From: an uncultured Collinsella sp.
GTDB lineage: Bacteria; Actinomycetota; Coriobacteriia; Coriobacteriales; Coriobacteriaceae
Direction of reading: 5' to 3'
DNA: 64,000 bases
NCBI GenBank assembly: GCA_900544235.1
Contig: UQUL01000003.1
Location: forward strand, 8,559 to 72,558
Of the stretch, positions 9,981 through 20,264 are shown piece after piece. The notes under the pieces were generated by a model, which was not told where the DNA came from, ran no database searches, and saw only the letters and a list, made by a program, of their open reading frames with translations. Every line of letters begins with the position of its first letter. The stretch's first letter is position 1. The position numbers and the translations under genes are program-made.

Positions 9981-10046
9981 TCTTGCGATTTAGCAAGGAT
10001 TGTCAGAGTGACTTTTGGGGTCGATAGAAGCGAACGATTCAACGCG

Positions 10047-10529
10047 TTACTCGGCCATTTTATAGCCCACACCCCAAACAGTCAGCAGGTAACGGGGATT
10101 GTCGGGCTCGGGTTCAATCTTCTTTCGGATCTTGCGGACAAAGGCCATGATGTTACTGTCATCGAGCAGATACTCGTCTTGCCATACCGCGCGATAGATT
10201 TCCTCTTTGCTAAAGACTGTGCCCCGGTTGCTCGCCAAAAAGGCCAGGATATCGAATTCTTTGGGCGTGAGCGAAACAGGCGCGCCCGACACTTTAACGG
10301 TGCGCGAAGCCAGATCGATGGCAAGACCGTCGATAACGATGGGCTCCGCAGCAGCACTTGTCTGCGAGCCGGCAACTGCCAGTTCTATGGCGGTCAGCCT
10401 GCCCGATGCGATATCGGCAAACACGGGTGCAAGTTCGAGGGCGGCAGCGCTACCGGACGAGAACAGCGCGCTGCTGAGCTCGGCTGCCTCGGCGGGTGTA
10501 ATCGCTATGTTGGTTCTGTTGGTACGCAT
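10047..10529 (-). CDS. OmpR/PhoB-type winged-helix DNA-binding protein lacking a receiver domain
   Basis: 160 aa. The C-terminal 100 aa match the trans_reg_C pattern (LTPKEFDILAFL...LLTVWGVGYK). The N-terminal 60 aa are Ala-rich with no phosphoacceptor fold. Start is 9 nt after the upstream ATPase stop. Confidence 0.75.
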   Translation of the reverse strand: MRTNRTNIAITPAEAAELSSALFSSGSAAALELAPVFADIASGRLTAIELAVAGSQTSAAAEPIVIDGLAIDLASRTVKVSGAPVSLTPKEFDILAFLASNRGTVFSKEEIYRAVWQDEYLLDDSNIMAFVRKIRKKIEPEPDNPRYLLTVWGVGYKMAE

Positions 10530-10538
10530 AGAACCGCC

Positions 10539-12983
10539 CTAGAACAGACTGCTCGAGCGGGACAGGTAAACCCGCTTGATCGTCGAAACAACAACAAGAT
10601 ACAACACGCTCAGCAGTGCAACGATTCCCAGATACCACATGGGCAGCGTGGCAAGGCCGAGCAGTTGCGCGGCAGGACTCAGCGCGAGAAGGGCCGAGGC
10701 GATAAGCATGGTGGCGACCATTATCACGAGCGGACGACACGGCCGGTCCCCGTGGCGAACATTGCGCGCTCGCAAGACGAGGAGCACGAGCGATTCGGTC
10801 CAAGCGCACTCCAGCAACCATCCGGTCTGGAAGGTCGCGATAAAGGCCGCTTGGCCCGCAGCGCCCAACGTGGCAAAGGACCCACCGCACACCGCAGGGC
10901 AAACGCCCAGGAGCAAGATGGCAAACGTGATGATGTCAAACGCCGAACTCGCGAAGCCAAAATGGAGCATAAAGCTGCCGAGGCCCTTGCCCGACCATGC
11001 CTTGGGACGAGCGATCTCCTCCCCGTCGACGTTATCCCACGACAGAGCCAGGCAGGTCGCGTCGTAAAGCAGGTTGAGCAGAAGCAGTTGAGTAGCGGTC
11101 GCCGGCAAAAACGGCAGGAAGATACTCGAGGCGGCAACCGAGCAGATATTGCCAAAGTTGGAACTCGACGCGATGCGAATGTACTTGGAGGCGTTGGCGA
11201 ACGAGGCCCTGCCCTCGCGTACGCCCTCGGCGACCACGCCCAGGTCACGCTCGAGCAGTACGAGGTCGGCAACCTTCTTGGACTCGGCGGCTGCAGAATC
11301 CACCACGATGCCGACGTCTGCCGACGTAAGCGCCGGCACGTCGTTCACGCCGTCGCCGATATAGCCGACCGTATGGCCAGAGAGTCGAATGAGACTGACA
11401 ATATGAGCCTTTTGCGCGGGCGTGAGCTCGGCAAACACACGAGTACGCCCCACGCGAACAAGCGCCTCGGACTCCTCCATGGCATCGAGCATGCTGCCGG
11501 TGATAACGCTATCGGCAGGAATGCCCAGGCGCGAACAGGTTGACCGGGCAACCGAAGCCGAGTCACCGGTAAGCACGCGCACCTCAACGGAAAGGTCAGA
11601 TAGCGCGCGCACGGCGGCGCGAGCGCTTGCCTTGGGCCGATCGAAAAAGCCCAAAAAACCGCAGAGCACCAGGTCGCCCCAGTCCGAAGACGCTGTGCTG
11701 TAGGCAACGGCAAGGACCTTGATGCCGTCGGCACGCATGTCCTCGGCAACCTCATAGGCGCTCTGGCGGCCCGCGGCGTCCATGGGGACGAGTTCGCCTT
11801 TAAAGCTGGCCCAGGCACAACGAGCGCACACGCTTTCGACCTCGCCCTTTACGATGGTTAGGTGATTGCCAGGGCGAGCCTGCAGCCCCAGGCAGCCATG
11901 CGCCCCAGGCGTGGCATCGAGCTTAACGCCCGAAGCCTTGGTGACGTGGTCGAAAGGATCAGATGCGTGCAGGGTAAATGCGCCTGCGAGGTCTTTGGCG
12001 GCAAGACGCAACTCGGGCGCAGCGCACGCGTCGACAATGGCCCGGTTGAGCTGGTTGGCGGCAGCCCCCTGGCTCGTACTCTCCAAATACGCCAGGCTGA
12101 GCGTTTGCTCGCTTTCGTTGCCCAGGATATCGGTATAGTACTCGAGCACTGCGGCGTCATCGGTGAGCGTGCCCGTCTTGTCCACGCACACCACGTCCAT
12201 GGAGCCCAGTGATTCCATGGCGTCAACGTTTTTAACAATGACCTGTTTGTTCTTAAGGCGGTGCGCGCTGCCCGAAAGGCACACGCTCGTGACGACTGGC
12301 AGCATCTCGGGGACCAGGCCAACGGCCGTACCCAGGGCAAACAGCAGGGCCTGCGCCCAGTCGCCCAGCACAAAACCTCGAATCATAATGACAAACGGCA
12401 GCACGATGAGCATGCACCTTACCAGAGCGGCACAGATGCTCCTGGCACCAGCGCCAAACTGCGTGCCTAGCCGAGCGCGCCGCGGCGATGTGGGCGGCTC
12501 CTCGGCAACGCGAGTGAGAACGGTTGCCGAGGCCTTTCCGTCAACGATGGTCGTTCCAGCACGGACGGCCTCCCCTTCTCGCTTGACGGTCTGACCGTTC
12601 TCGCCCGTAAGCGACGATTCGGAGACAAGGATGTGGTCGCCCTTGGCGAGGACCGCATCGACCGGGCAGAGCATGCCGGCATACAGGCGAATCACATCGC
12701 CGGGCACAAGCTGGTCGGCATCGACTTGGATCCAGCAAGCGTCGACACGTTTCCAAACGGCCGCATGGTTCGCCTTAAACATGTGCCGGTCGAAGCTGCG
12801 CTTGGCTTCGTTTTCGTAGAACAGGCGCACCAGGCCGCCGACCAGCCACATCAAAAACAGCACGGCAGGTGCAAACGCGCCTGTCTGACCTTGCGCCTGC
12901 GGTACAACGTCGACCAAAAAGGCCAAGCCAGCAAGTGCAAGCAGCAGCGACGAAAACGGATTAAAGAACGATTTTTTAATCAT
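10539..12983 (-). CDS. second MgtA-like P-type ATPase paralog
   Basis: 814 aa with DKTGTLT and IGDGVNDVPAL. The C-terminal block NFGNICSVAASSIFLPFLP...WDNVD is collinear with the same block of mgtA. Confidence 0.85.
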   Translation of the reverse strand: MIKKSFFNPFSSLLLALAGLAFLVDVVPQAQGQTGAFAPAVLFLMWLVGGLVRLFYENEAKRSFDRHMFKANHAAVWKRVDACWIQVDADQLVPGDVIRLYAGMLCPVDAVLAKGDHILVSESSLTGENGQTVKREGEAVRAGTTIVDGKASATVLTRVAEEPPTSPRRARLGTQFGAGARSICAALVRCMLIVLPFVIMIRGFVLGDWAQALLFALGTAVGLVPEMLPVVTSVCLSGSAHRLKNKQVIVKNVDAMESLGSMDVVCVDKTGTLTDDAAVLEYYTDILGNESEQTLSLAYLESTSQGAAANQLNRAIVDACAAPELRLAAKDLAGAFTLHASDPFDHVTKASGVKLDATPGAHGCLGLQARPGNHLTIVKGEVESVCARCAWASFKGELVPMDAAGRQSAYEVAEDMRADGIKVLAVAYSTASSDWGDLVLCGFLGFFDRPKASARAAVRALSDLSVEVRVLTGDSASVARSTCSRLGIPADSVITGSMLDAMEESEALVRVGRTRVFAELTPAQKAHIVSLIRLSGHTVGYIGDGVNDVPALTSADVGIVVDSAAAESKKVADLVLLERDLGVVAEGVREGRASFANASKYIRIASSSNFGNICSVAASSIFLPFLPATATQLLLLNLLYDATCLALSWDNVDGEEIARPKAWSGKGLGSFMLHFGFASSAFDIITFAILLLGVCPAVCGGSFATLGAAGQAAFIATFQTGWLLECAWTESLVLLVLRARNVRHGDRPCRPLVIMVATMLIASALLALSPAAQLLGLATLPMWYLGIVALLSVLYLVVVSTIKRVYLSRSSSLF

Positions 12984-13109
12984 CGAAGCCTCTTTCTAGC
13001 ATGGCTTCGATTGTATCCGAGGCGTATACCAGCATCCCCGCCCCAGACCTTGCGACTTCCTTGCTTTTACGCGTGACAAAGGGACAGTCTAACGCCCTCT
13101 ATATCTCGA

Positions 13110-13285
13110 GGTCTAATACTTTCCCGAGAAGTGAACGGCTGTATCTGGACCCCCGGAGCATTGACATTTTTAGACGTCAAAACCGCAGGATTCGACTGAC
13201 AAAACCGCAGGAAATTGCACGCCAAAAGTGCCGATGCTTCGGGGGCCCGTTTCCACTCGTTCACTTCTCGGGAAAGTATTAGACA
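13110..13285. mobile_element. MITE-like element with 27-bp perfect terminal inverted repeats
   Basis: GTCTAATACTTTCCCGAGAAGTGAACG at 13111..13137 has its exact reverse complement at 13258..13284. TCGA flanks both sides (13106..13109 and 13286..13289). CAAAACCGCAGGA occurs twice inside (13178..13190 and 13200..13212). Confidence 0.5.
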
Positions 13286-13430
13286 TCGATTTCGCAAGGG
13301 TCCCAATGCGGCAAGCGAGCCGCCGTAGCACTTTTGCCGCATGATCGAGCACTCATCGATGGCGGGATTCTCTATACTGAGTCACATATGCCGCGCGCCG
13401 CAACGACCGCCACGACACCAAGGACCGGCT

Positions 13431-14564
13431 ATGGCTACACTTTCCGAACAGGAACGCAAGCGCATCCAGCGATACTGCATCTACCCCAAGATTGCCGGTG
13501 CGGCGCTTGCCATGGCATTCGTGCTGCCATTTTTGATCATTCCCTTCGAAATGATTGACGACATCGTCTTTCATCACGAAGGCTTCCAAGAGACGGGTAT
13601 GATGACCGCTCTGGTGCTCACCGCCATCGAGCTCGTCATATTCTGCTACTGTACGCTCGCGCCACGCTTTGGTATGCGCGGCAAGCAATGGAAGGAAATG
13701 CAGCGCCGACTCGTCGTCGAACAGACCGAGAAAGACCGCTCGGCACAAATCGCAGGCGTTGTCGGTACGCAGGCCGCCGCACGCTTACTCAAGAACAGCG
13801 ACAACGAGACCGCACGCAATCTAGGCGGTGCGGCAGAAGTCGCCGCTGCCGTAGGCGCCGTTGCCACCGCGGCAGACGTGCTTACCGAGAGCTTCGCCAA
13901 CGCAAAGGCCATGGCGGAGGCCTGTGGCTTGCCTATCCCCCGTGCAAAAAAGTGGATCATCGCGCTTGTGGCGCTGCCCCTCGCAATCGTATGCGGTGCC
14001 TATATCCCGCAGCTGGCGCAGGGAAACACCGAGATGCAGGAGAACGCCGCGGCCGCGGCCGAGCAGATCGCCATCGCCCGCAAGACGTTAGAGCCCGCAT
14101 GCGAGTACGTGTCTGCCGATGACCCTTACGAGCGATATCAAGATTACGGCTATCACGTCCGCGGCTACTTGCACGACAGCGACTCCGATACCCAGAAGAC
14201 CTATACGTACCTGGATTTCGACAACAAGGGAACGCTCAAGGAAGTGAGTTACATAGCAGAAATCGACCCCGATGCGAGCCTTGAGGACAACCTCACCCGC
14301 ATCGAGCTCGACTTTGACGAGCTTTCCTCTGTCGTCCAAACCACAGACGTCAAGACCGTGAGTCCCGAGCTCCTAGCACCGCAAAAGCTCCCCGAAGAGT
14401 TTAGGCAGGCTTTTTTGAACGGTTCGCTCTACGAGAGAATCTCCATCAGGACGAGCGACGACCCCATCAGAGCGTATTGCTCGTTTGACACGGATCCCGA
14501 GGACGAGTTTGACGAGTACACCCATCCAAGCATCCGTATCACATTGATGGGCAAAACGAGCTAG
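13431..14564 (+). CDS. hypothetical membrane protein (3 predicted TM segments plus a ~180-aa acidic C-terminal domain)
   Basis: No recognisable domain. Start re-picked at ATG 13431 (RBS AAGGA); the track start at 13341 is a run-on. Confidence 0.6.
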   Translation: MATLSEQERKRIQRYCIYPKIAGAALAMAFVLPFLIIPFEMIDDIVFHHEGFQETGMMTALVLTAIELVIFCYCTLAPRFGMRGKQWKEMQRRLVVEQTEKDRSAQIAGVVGTQAAARLLKNSDNETARNLGGAAEVAAAVGAVATAADVLTESFANAKAMAEACGLPIPRAKKWIIALVALPLAIVCGAYIPQLAQGNTEMQENAAAAAEQIAIARKTLEPACEYVSADDPYERYQDYGYHVRGYLHDSDSDTQKTYTYLDFDNKGTLKEVSYIAEIDPDASLEDNLTRIELDFDELSSVVQTTDVKTVSPELLAPQKLPEEFRQAFLNGSLYERISIRTSDDPIRAYCSFDTDPEDEFDEYTHPSIRITLMGKTS

Positions 14565-14591
14565 GCGCAGGAGAGGGGCCGTCCCTTCCCC

Positions 14592-14624
14592 AATGTGGCA
14601 AGGGGACTGTCCCTTTGCCACATT
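14592..14624. terminator. palindromic bidirectional terminator
   Basis: AATGTGGCAAGGGGAC-T-GTCCCTTTGCCACATT. Lies between convergent genes and overlaps the stop codon of the ABC gene. Confidence 0.6.
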
Positions 14625-17600
14625 ATTCGGAGCGCAGGGCCTCCACGGGATCCTTCCTGGACGCGCTGCGGGCGGGCAGCAGGCCGGCAACGACCGTCAG
14701 CAACACAGAAATCGCAATGAGCACCAGCGCATCCTGCACGGGCAGGCTCATCAGGTTGGGGACCTGTTTGGCCGCAAGCGCCCAAGCATTGACCGGGAAA
14801 CTCACGAGCACCACAACGACAATGGCAAAGACGCCGGCGATGAGGCCCTCGATAAAGGTCTCGGCGTTGAACACGTTTGCCACGTTGCGCTTCGACGCAC
14901 CGATTGCGCGCAGGATGCCGATCTCCTTCTTGCGCTCCAGTACGCTGATGTAGGTGATGATGCCGATCATGATGGAGCTCACGACCAGGCTGATGCTCAC
15001 GAACGCGATGAGCACCAAGCTGATGGTGTTCACGATATCGGTCACCGAGCCCATGATGATGCCCATGTAGTCGGTGTACGAGATTGCCTGCTCGTCGTGG
15101 CCGGCGGCTTTGACCTGTTTGTTGTACGCATCGATATGGTCGAGTACGCGCTCCTTGGCCTCAAAGTCACGCGGGAAAATCTTAACCGAGATGGGGTCCG
15201 CCTCATCCGCATAGCCCAGTGTGGTCAGGTTGTTGTCATAGGTAAGCTTCGAAGCCTTAGCATAGCTCATCATGAGCGAACTCAGATCCTCGGCGTCCAT
15301 GTTGAAGTGAATGGCATTGGCAAAGGCGCTCGCATCCACACGCATAGCGCTCGCTAGGTTGGCAAAACTCGAAGACATCTGCGTCGCCATCTGGTCCATG
15401 AGTCCTGCCGCGCCCGCCTTGAGCTGGGACGATACCGTCGTCGCAATCTGGTCGCTGATTGTCTTGGTCACCTGGTCCATTGCCTGTTGCAGATACGGAG
15501 CCAGCTGCTTTTGCACATAGTCGGTCATCGCCTGCTGCAGGCGCTCGGCCAGGACATCGCCGCCGAGGGCCTTCAGCTGAGCCAGGCATTGCTGGGCTGC
15601 GTCATCATTCTCAAGATACGTCGAGAATGCGGCGGCGAGCTTTGACGCGTCCTTAAAATCTTCGGGCGACAGCGTCTTAAACTGATCAGACTGCAAAAAG
15701 CCCTCAAACAGCTGGTTGGCAAGCGTTCCCACCTGCTGCATTTGCTCGGGCGTGAGTTCCAGACCGTCAAAGATACCCGAGAAATCTGGGGCTGGCGCTT
15801 TGGCCATGATGTCGCTGAAGTCGATGTCCTTCCCAACGCCCGAAAGGTCAATGTCCAGCCCGGACAAGTCGATGCCAGAAAGGTCCATACCGCCGGCAGC
15901 GCCCGAAAGCGCAGACGTATCGAACGAGAACGCGCTCTTGAGCGCCGCCTCGTCCACACTGAACATGCTGCCCAGGTCCACGCCTTGTTTGGCCTCGCCT
16001 TGCAGCTCATCGAAAGACTTGCCCGTAAAGACATCCGTCTCGGGGTGGGCGAGTTGCTCCTGCACAATCTGGGAATTTGCGGCGCGCTCCATAAGCTGGC
16101 GAGTCAGTGCATGCGTATAGGCAATACCCGGAGACAACGCGCTCGCGTTGGCGGTCTCGTTAGGTCGCACCACACCCACAATGTGCACGTCGATACCGTC
16201 GGCAACCTTGGCCGTCATAAAGTCGGCATCGTCAGACATGTCAGTCCACATGCCGGTCTCTTCGTTTTTGCGATAGGCATCGGCCGGCGACAGCACCTTA
16301 AACGTCGTGGACAGCGCATCGTCGTAGGTAAATTCGGTGCCGGTCTCGGGCGTTTCGACCCCACCGTCAGCCGTCATAGCGCTGTTTACCAGATCGTTGA
16401 GCTCATTGATATCCAGCGCGCCGATGCTGTAGAGCGTGTAGTCGCCCACCGTGCCACGACTCGAGAGCACCATTACGGCTTCGTTGGCGGACGTGGGCCA
16501 ATGACCGGCGACGACATCGTACTGACTGTCGAGCAGGCTCTGGTCGTCGATCATCTCGTTAAAGACCGAGGTTCCCATGGATTCCATGCTCACCGTTGCC
16601 GCCGAGCTCGCGCCTCCGCTCATGGCCTCGGTCATGGCGTTGGGCACCAACCGGACAGGCTTCTCGTCGCCCTTACCCGCACGATAGACAACCGGCGATA
16701 CACCGTAGCCGTACTGAATGGCGTTGACCTCTTTGTCGATGCCGTCGCCACCGGCATCGAGCCATGCCTTAAAGCTCGTCATGTCGTTGGACTTAACGCT
16801 CGCAAACATATCCTTTACGGCCGTAACCACGGGAATTTTATCGGTTCCCTTAGCCTTGCCGCCGGCACTGTCGACGGACGAATCCACGTTTTCAGGCGAG
16901 CCATCATCCGCAGTTCCCTGCCCGCCCATCATGGACGACAAGTCGTAATCCTGCTTGGAAATGGTGAGTGGGTAACTCGAAAGCGTATCCTCCTCGACCT
17001 TTTTGATGTAGCCGTTTACGCCGTTGGACAGCGCCAGAATCGCCGCGATACCGATAATGCCAATCGAGCCCGCAAAGGCAGTCATGGCCGTGCGGCCCTT
17101 CTTGGTCATGAGGTTTCGGGCAGAAAGCCCCAGCGCCGTCACAAAGCTCATCGAGGTTTTGCGCGTAGGCTTTGCCTCGCGACGCGCGGCCTTGGCAACA
17201 TCGAAGGGGTCGGAATCGTCGGTGATCTTGCCGTCTGCCAGGTTGACGATACGCGTGGCGTATTGATACGCCAGCTCGGGATTGTGCGTGACCATAATAA
17301 CCAGGCGGTCGCGCGCCACATCCTTGAGCAAGTCCATGACCTGCACGGACGTTGTGGAATCCAAGGCGCCGGTCGGCTCGTCGGCCAGCACAATCTCGGG
17401 ATCGTTGATCAGGGCACGGGCGATGGCCACGCGCTGCATCTGTCCGCCCGATAGCTGGCTCGGGCGCTTGTTCATGTGCTCGCCCAGGCCGACTTTCTCC
17501 AACGCCTCGCGCGCACGCTGGCGGCGCTCGGCATGCCCCACGCCCGTGAGCGTAAGCGCCAGCTCCACGTTTTCCAAAATGGTCTGATGCGGAATGAGGT

Positions 17601-17877
17601 TATAGCTCTGGAAAACAAAGCCGATGCGGTTGTTGCGATAGGCATCCCAATCGCGATCGCGAAAGTCCTTGGTCGAGATGCCGTCGATCAGCAAGTCACC
17701 AGAATCAAAGTGATCCAGTCCGCCGATAACGTTGAGCATCGTAGTTTTACCCGACCCCGAAGGTCCCAGAATGGCCACGAACTCGTTATCGCGAAAAGCC
17801 AGGCTCACGCTGTCGAGCGCCACCTGCGTAAACGACTGCGTGACGTACCTTTTGCAAATACCTTTGAGCTCCAGCAT
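14623..17877 (-). CDS. fused ABC transporter ATPase + FtsX/MacB-type permease with a very large extracytoplasmic insert
   Basis: N-terminal MacB-type ATPase ([17 protein letters not shown]). C-terminal FtsX 4-TM module. About 700 aa lie between TM1 and TM2. Start re-picked at ATG 17877 (RBS GGGAGAGG). Confidence 0.85.
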   Translation of the reverse strand: MLELKGICKRYVTQSFTQVALDSVSLAFRDNEFVAILGPSGSGKTTMLNVIGGLDHFDSGDLLIDGISTKDFRDRDWDAYRNNRIGFVFQSYNLIPHQTILENVELALTLTGVGHAERRQRAREALEKVGLGEHMNKRPSQLSGGQMQRVAIARALINDPEIVLADEPTGALDSTTSVQVMDLLKDVARDRLVIMVTHNPELAYQYATRIVNLADGKITDDSDPFDVAKAARREAKPTRKTSMSFVTALGLSARNLMTKKGRTAMTAFAGSIGIIGIAAILALSNGVNGYIKKVEEDTLSSYPLTISKQDYDLSSMMGGQGTADDGSPENVDSSVDSAGGKAKGTDKIPVVTAVKDMFASVKSNDMTSFKAWLDAGGDGIDKEVNAIQYGYGVSPVVYRAGKGDEKPVRLVPNAMTEAMSGGASSAATVSMESMGTSVFNEMIDDQSLLDSQYDVVAGHWPTSANEAVMVLSSRGTVGDYTLYSIGALDINELNDLVNSAMTADGGVETPETGTEFTYDDALSTTFKVLSPADAYRKNEETGMWTDMSDDADFMTAKVADGIDVHIVGVVRPNETANASALSPGIAYTHALTRQLMERAANSQIVQEQLAHPETDVFTGKSFDELQGEAKQGVDLGSMFSVDEAALKSAFSFDTSALSGAAGGMDLSGIDLSGLDIDLSGVGKDIDFSDIMAKAPAPDFSGIFDGLELTPEQMQQVGTLANQLFEGFLQSDQFKTLSPEDFKDASKLAAAFSTYLENDDAAQQCLAQLKALGGDVLAERLQQAMTDYVQKQLAPYLQQAMDQVTKTISDQIATTVSSQLKAGAAGLMDQMATQMSSSFANLASAMRVDASAFANAIHFNMDAEDLSSLMMSYAKASKLTYDNNLTTLGYADEADPISVKIFPRDFEAKERVLDHIDAYNKQVKAAGHDEQAISYTDYMGIIMGSVTDIVNTISLVLIAFVSISLVVSSIMIGIITYISVLERKKEIGILRAIGASKRNVANVFNAETFIEGLIAGVFAIVVVVLVSFPVNAWALAAKQVPNLMSLPVQDALVLIAISVLLTVVAGLLPARSASRKDPVEALRSE

Positions 17878-18021
17878 GGACGGCAACCTCTCCCACGCGG
17901 GCGCACTTGCCCGCTCTCCCCCGCCGTTCGTATTCGACGCGTTTGTCCTACTCTATCCCCATTTTTTGCCGGCGCCAGTGAGGAATGTAGTGAACCACGC
18001 CAAAAAACGAACGGGACGGCG

Positions 18022-18052
18022 CCCAAAAGAAGAGGTCCCGAGCGGGACCTCT
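18022..18052 (-). terminator. terminator after the TlpA-like gene
   Basis: Stem AGAGGTCCCG / CGGGACCTCT (18031..18052) followed on the minus strand by TCTTTTGGG. Confidence 0.55.
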
Positions 18053-18131
18053 ATATGGTGGAGCTTATCTTGAAAGGTAGCGGACTACTTCGCACAGCGG
18101 CCCACGATCCTCGCTATGCTTTACGCGTTTT

Positions 18132-19109
18132 CTACTGCTCGCTATTCGCAATCGCCTGGTCGATAAGCTTGTCGAGTGCTGCGCGCTGCTCGGCGGAGCT
18201 GATGGCTCCCACGATTGGATCCCCTACGATGTTGCCATTCTGATCGATGACATACGTTGTCGGGAACGAGAACAAATTTGACGTAAACTTACCGGCCTCG
18301 CTATCCGACTTGAACCAGATGTTCTTATATGTCACGCCCTTCTTGCTCAGCACGTCCTTGGCATCTGCAATCTCGCCCTTGTTGCCATCGAGCGTAAAGG
18401 AATTGACGCCCACGACCTGGCCGCCCTTCTCGGCAAGCTCCTGATTCAGTTTCTCAAGATCGCCCAACTCACCCACGCACGGCTTGCAAGTGGTGAACCA
18501 GAAGTTCATGACGGTAACCTTGTTCTTAGAGAACAGCTCGTCGCTGCTCACGTCGTTGCCGTCCAGGTCCTTGCCCGTAAAGCTGGGGAACTTCGTCGCC
18601 TCGCTCGAAGCATTGGCACCAGCCGTCATGCCAGCGGTCGAAGCGTCGACGCTCTCGCCTGCACTCGGCGTGCTTCCACAGCCGGGGAACTCCTTCTCCA
18701 GGCTCTCGAGCTTGTCCTCGATCTCCTTGATCTGCTGTGCACCGGCCTTGAGTGTCTTAAGCTCATCCGCCGTGAACTCATCCTTGGCGCCGTCGATGGT
18801 CTTGAGCAGAAAATCGCCGTAATTGCTGCCGTCCTCAATCATTGCCGAGTCTTTATTTGCCGCATTGAATACCTTTTCCCACAGCGCGTTATCACTCGAA
18901 AAGATCTCGTTCTCCTTCTGCATGAGCTTCGCATACAGCTCGGCGGCCTCGTCGGCATTGGCCGGCTTCTGCGCAGTGAGTTCTGCGATCTTAGGATCGG
19001 AGCTCGCAGATTCGCTCGCATTGCCACCGGGCGCCGAACATGCCACAAGGCACAAGGCCAATACCGGCACCATAAACAGGGCCGCAATCTTAGAAAGCTT
19101 CATAGTCAT
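18132..19109 (-). CDS. TlpA/ResA-family thiol-disulfide oxidoreductase lipoprotein with an extra N-terminal helical domain
   Basis: Lipobox LVAC and redox motif WFTTCKPCVGE. RBS GGAGG. Confidence 0.8.
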   Translation of the reverse strand: MTMKLSKIAALFMVPVLALCLVACSAPGGNASESASSDPKIAELTAQKPANADEAAELYAKLMQKENEIFSSDNALWEKVFNAANKDSAMIEDGSNYGDFLLKTIDGAKDEFTADELKTLKAGAQQIKEIEDKLESLEKEFPGCGSTPSAGESVDASTAGMTAGANASSEATKFPSFTGKDLDGNDVSSDELFSKNKVTVMNFWFTTCKPCVGELGDLEKLNQELAEKGGQVVGVNSFTLDGNKGEIADAKDVLSKKGVTYKNIWFKSDSEAGKFTSNLFSFPTTYVIDQNGNIVGDPIVGAISSAEQRAALDKLIDQAIANSEQ

Positions 19110-19132
19110 TCCTCCGTTTTGTCGAAGCTTGT

Positions 19133-20035
19133 TTACTTTTTATCGGCGGTCAAGGGAAGCTTTTCCGCCGACACATCCAGGCCATAGCGATAGCTGATGG
19201 CATCGACAGGGCAGGCCCCGATGCACTTTCCGCACCGGATACATTCGGCATGATTGGGCGCGCGGACCACATCAACGTCCATCTGACAAACCTTTGAGCA
19301 CTTGCCGCACGAGACACATTTGCATGCGTCAACCCGAATCCCCAGTAGGGACACCCTATTCATGAGCGCATAGAATGCGCCGAGTGGACAAATCCATTTG
19401 CAGAAGGGGCGGTAGAACAAAACGCTCAGCACTACCACGGCAATGAGAACTGCAAGTTTCCAAGTAAAGAGATGTCCCAACGCAGATCGAATGCCGGCAT
19501 TGGCAATGGCCAGCGGAATGGCACCCTCGAGCACGCCCTGCGGACAGATGTACTTACAAAAGAACGGGTCGCCCATGCCCACGTCGTTAACCACCAAGAC
19601 GGGCAGCAGCACCACGGCAAACAGCAGCACGACGTACTTGATGTACGTGAGCGGCTTGAGCTTTTTCGTGGAGAACTTTTTGCCGGGAATCTTATGAAGC
19701 AGCTCCTGCAGCCAGCCAAACGGGCACAGAAAGCCGCATACAAAGCGTCCCAGCAGCACGCCGAGCAAAATGAGCGTACCGGTAACATAGTAAGAAAAGT
19801 TGAACTTGGATGAACCTACCACCGACTGGAACGACCCGATGGGGCACGCACCCGATGCCGCGGGGCACGAATAGCAATTAAGTCCAGGTACGCAGACTGT
19901 TTTTCCCGCGCCCTGATAGATGCCGCCTTTGGCAAAGTTTGGCAGGTGAATGTTGGTGACCAGCGTCGCCGCCGCCTGAATGAATCCGCGAAATCGGGCC
20001 AAAACATGCGACGCAGTGTTTTCTCTTTTATCCAA
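19133..20035 (-). CDS. membrane polyferredoxin (NapH/COG0348-like 4Fe-4S binding protein)
   Basis: Carries CYSCPAASGACP, several TM helices and a C-terminal 2x[4Fe-4S] motif (CVSCGKCSKVC...CIRCGKCIGACP). The track start 20122 (TTG) yields a Cys/Trp-rich artefact N-terminus. TTG 20035 with GGAG upstream is more plausible, but the start remains uncertain. Confidence 0.7.
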   Translation of the reverse strand: MDKRENTASHVLARFRGFIQAAATLVTNIHLPNFAKGGIYQGAGKTVCVPGLNCYSCPAASGACPIGSFQSVVGSSKFNFSYYVTGTLILLGVLLGRFVCGFLCPFGWLQELLHKIPGKKFSTKKLKPLTYIKYVVLLFAVVLLPVLVVNDVGMGDPFFCKYICPQGVLEGAIPLAIANAGIRSALGHLFTWKLAVLIAVVVLSVLFYRPFCKWICPLGAFYALMNRVSLLGIRVDACKCVSCGKCSKVCQMDVDVVRAPNHAECIRCGKCIGACPVDAISYRYGLDVSAEKLPLTADKK

Positions 20036-20264
20036 TTCCGATACACTCCAAGCACAGCCTAATCGCTTTGGCCAGCACGGCATCCGCCTCGCCACGCATA
20101 ACACCAAAGCACACCATGGCAATTCCGACGATCAACAAAGCGACCTGTACCACGGGCTTTACCGCTTTGAACAACCTGACCACTCCTTTCGTTACGCGAC
20201 CATTGGACCATATCGACTATAAAATCCGTGTTAAGCGCGATTTGGAATGTGCAAGGAGACTGTT

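Noticed and set aside
12990-13050. 19-codon uORF overlapping the start of the second Mg-ATPase
   Set aside because: The only purine-rich stretch abuts the ATG with no spacer, and there is nothing distinctive in the peptide. Judged a chance ORF.
15742-17454. 570-aa + ORF opposite the ABC transporter. Similar long antisense ORFs lie at 2260..3615, 5768..6709, 8502..9629, 9960..11543, 34563..35465, 43968..45359, 48021..49172, 49275..50549, 50401..51492, 51832..52929, 53284..54369, 57016..58557 and 59397..60650.
   Set aside because: All mirror confidently identified genes, are His/Arg/Gly/Val-rich and carry no motifs.
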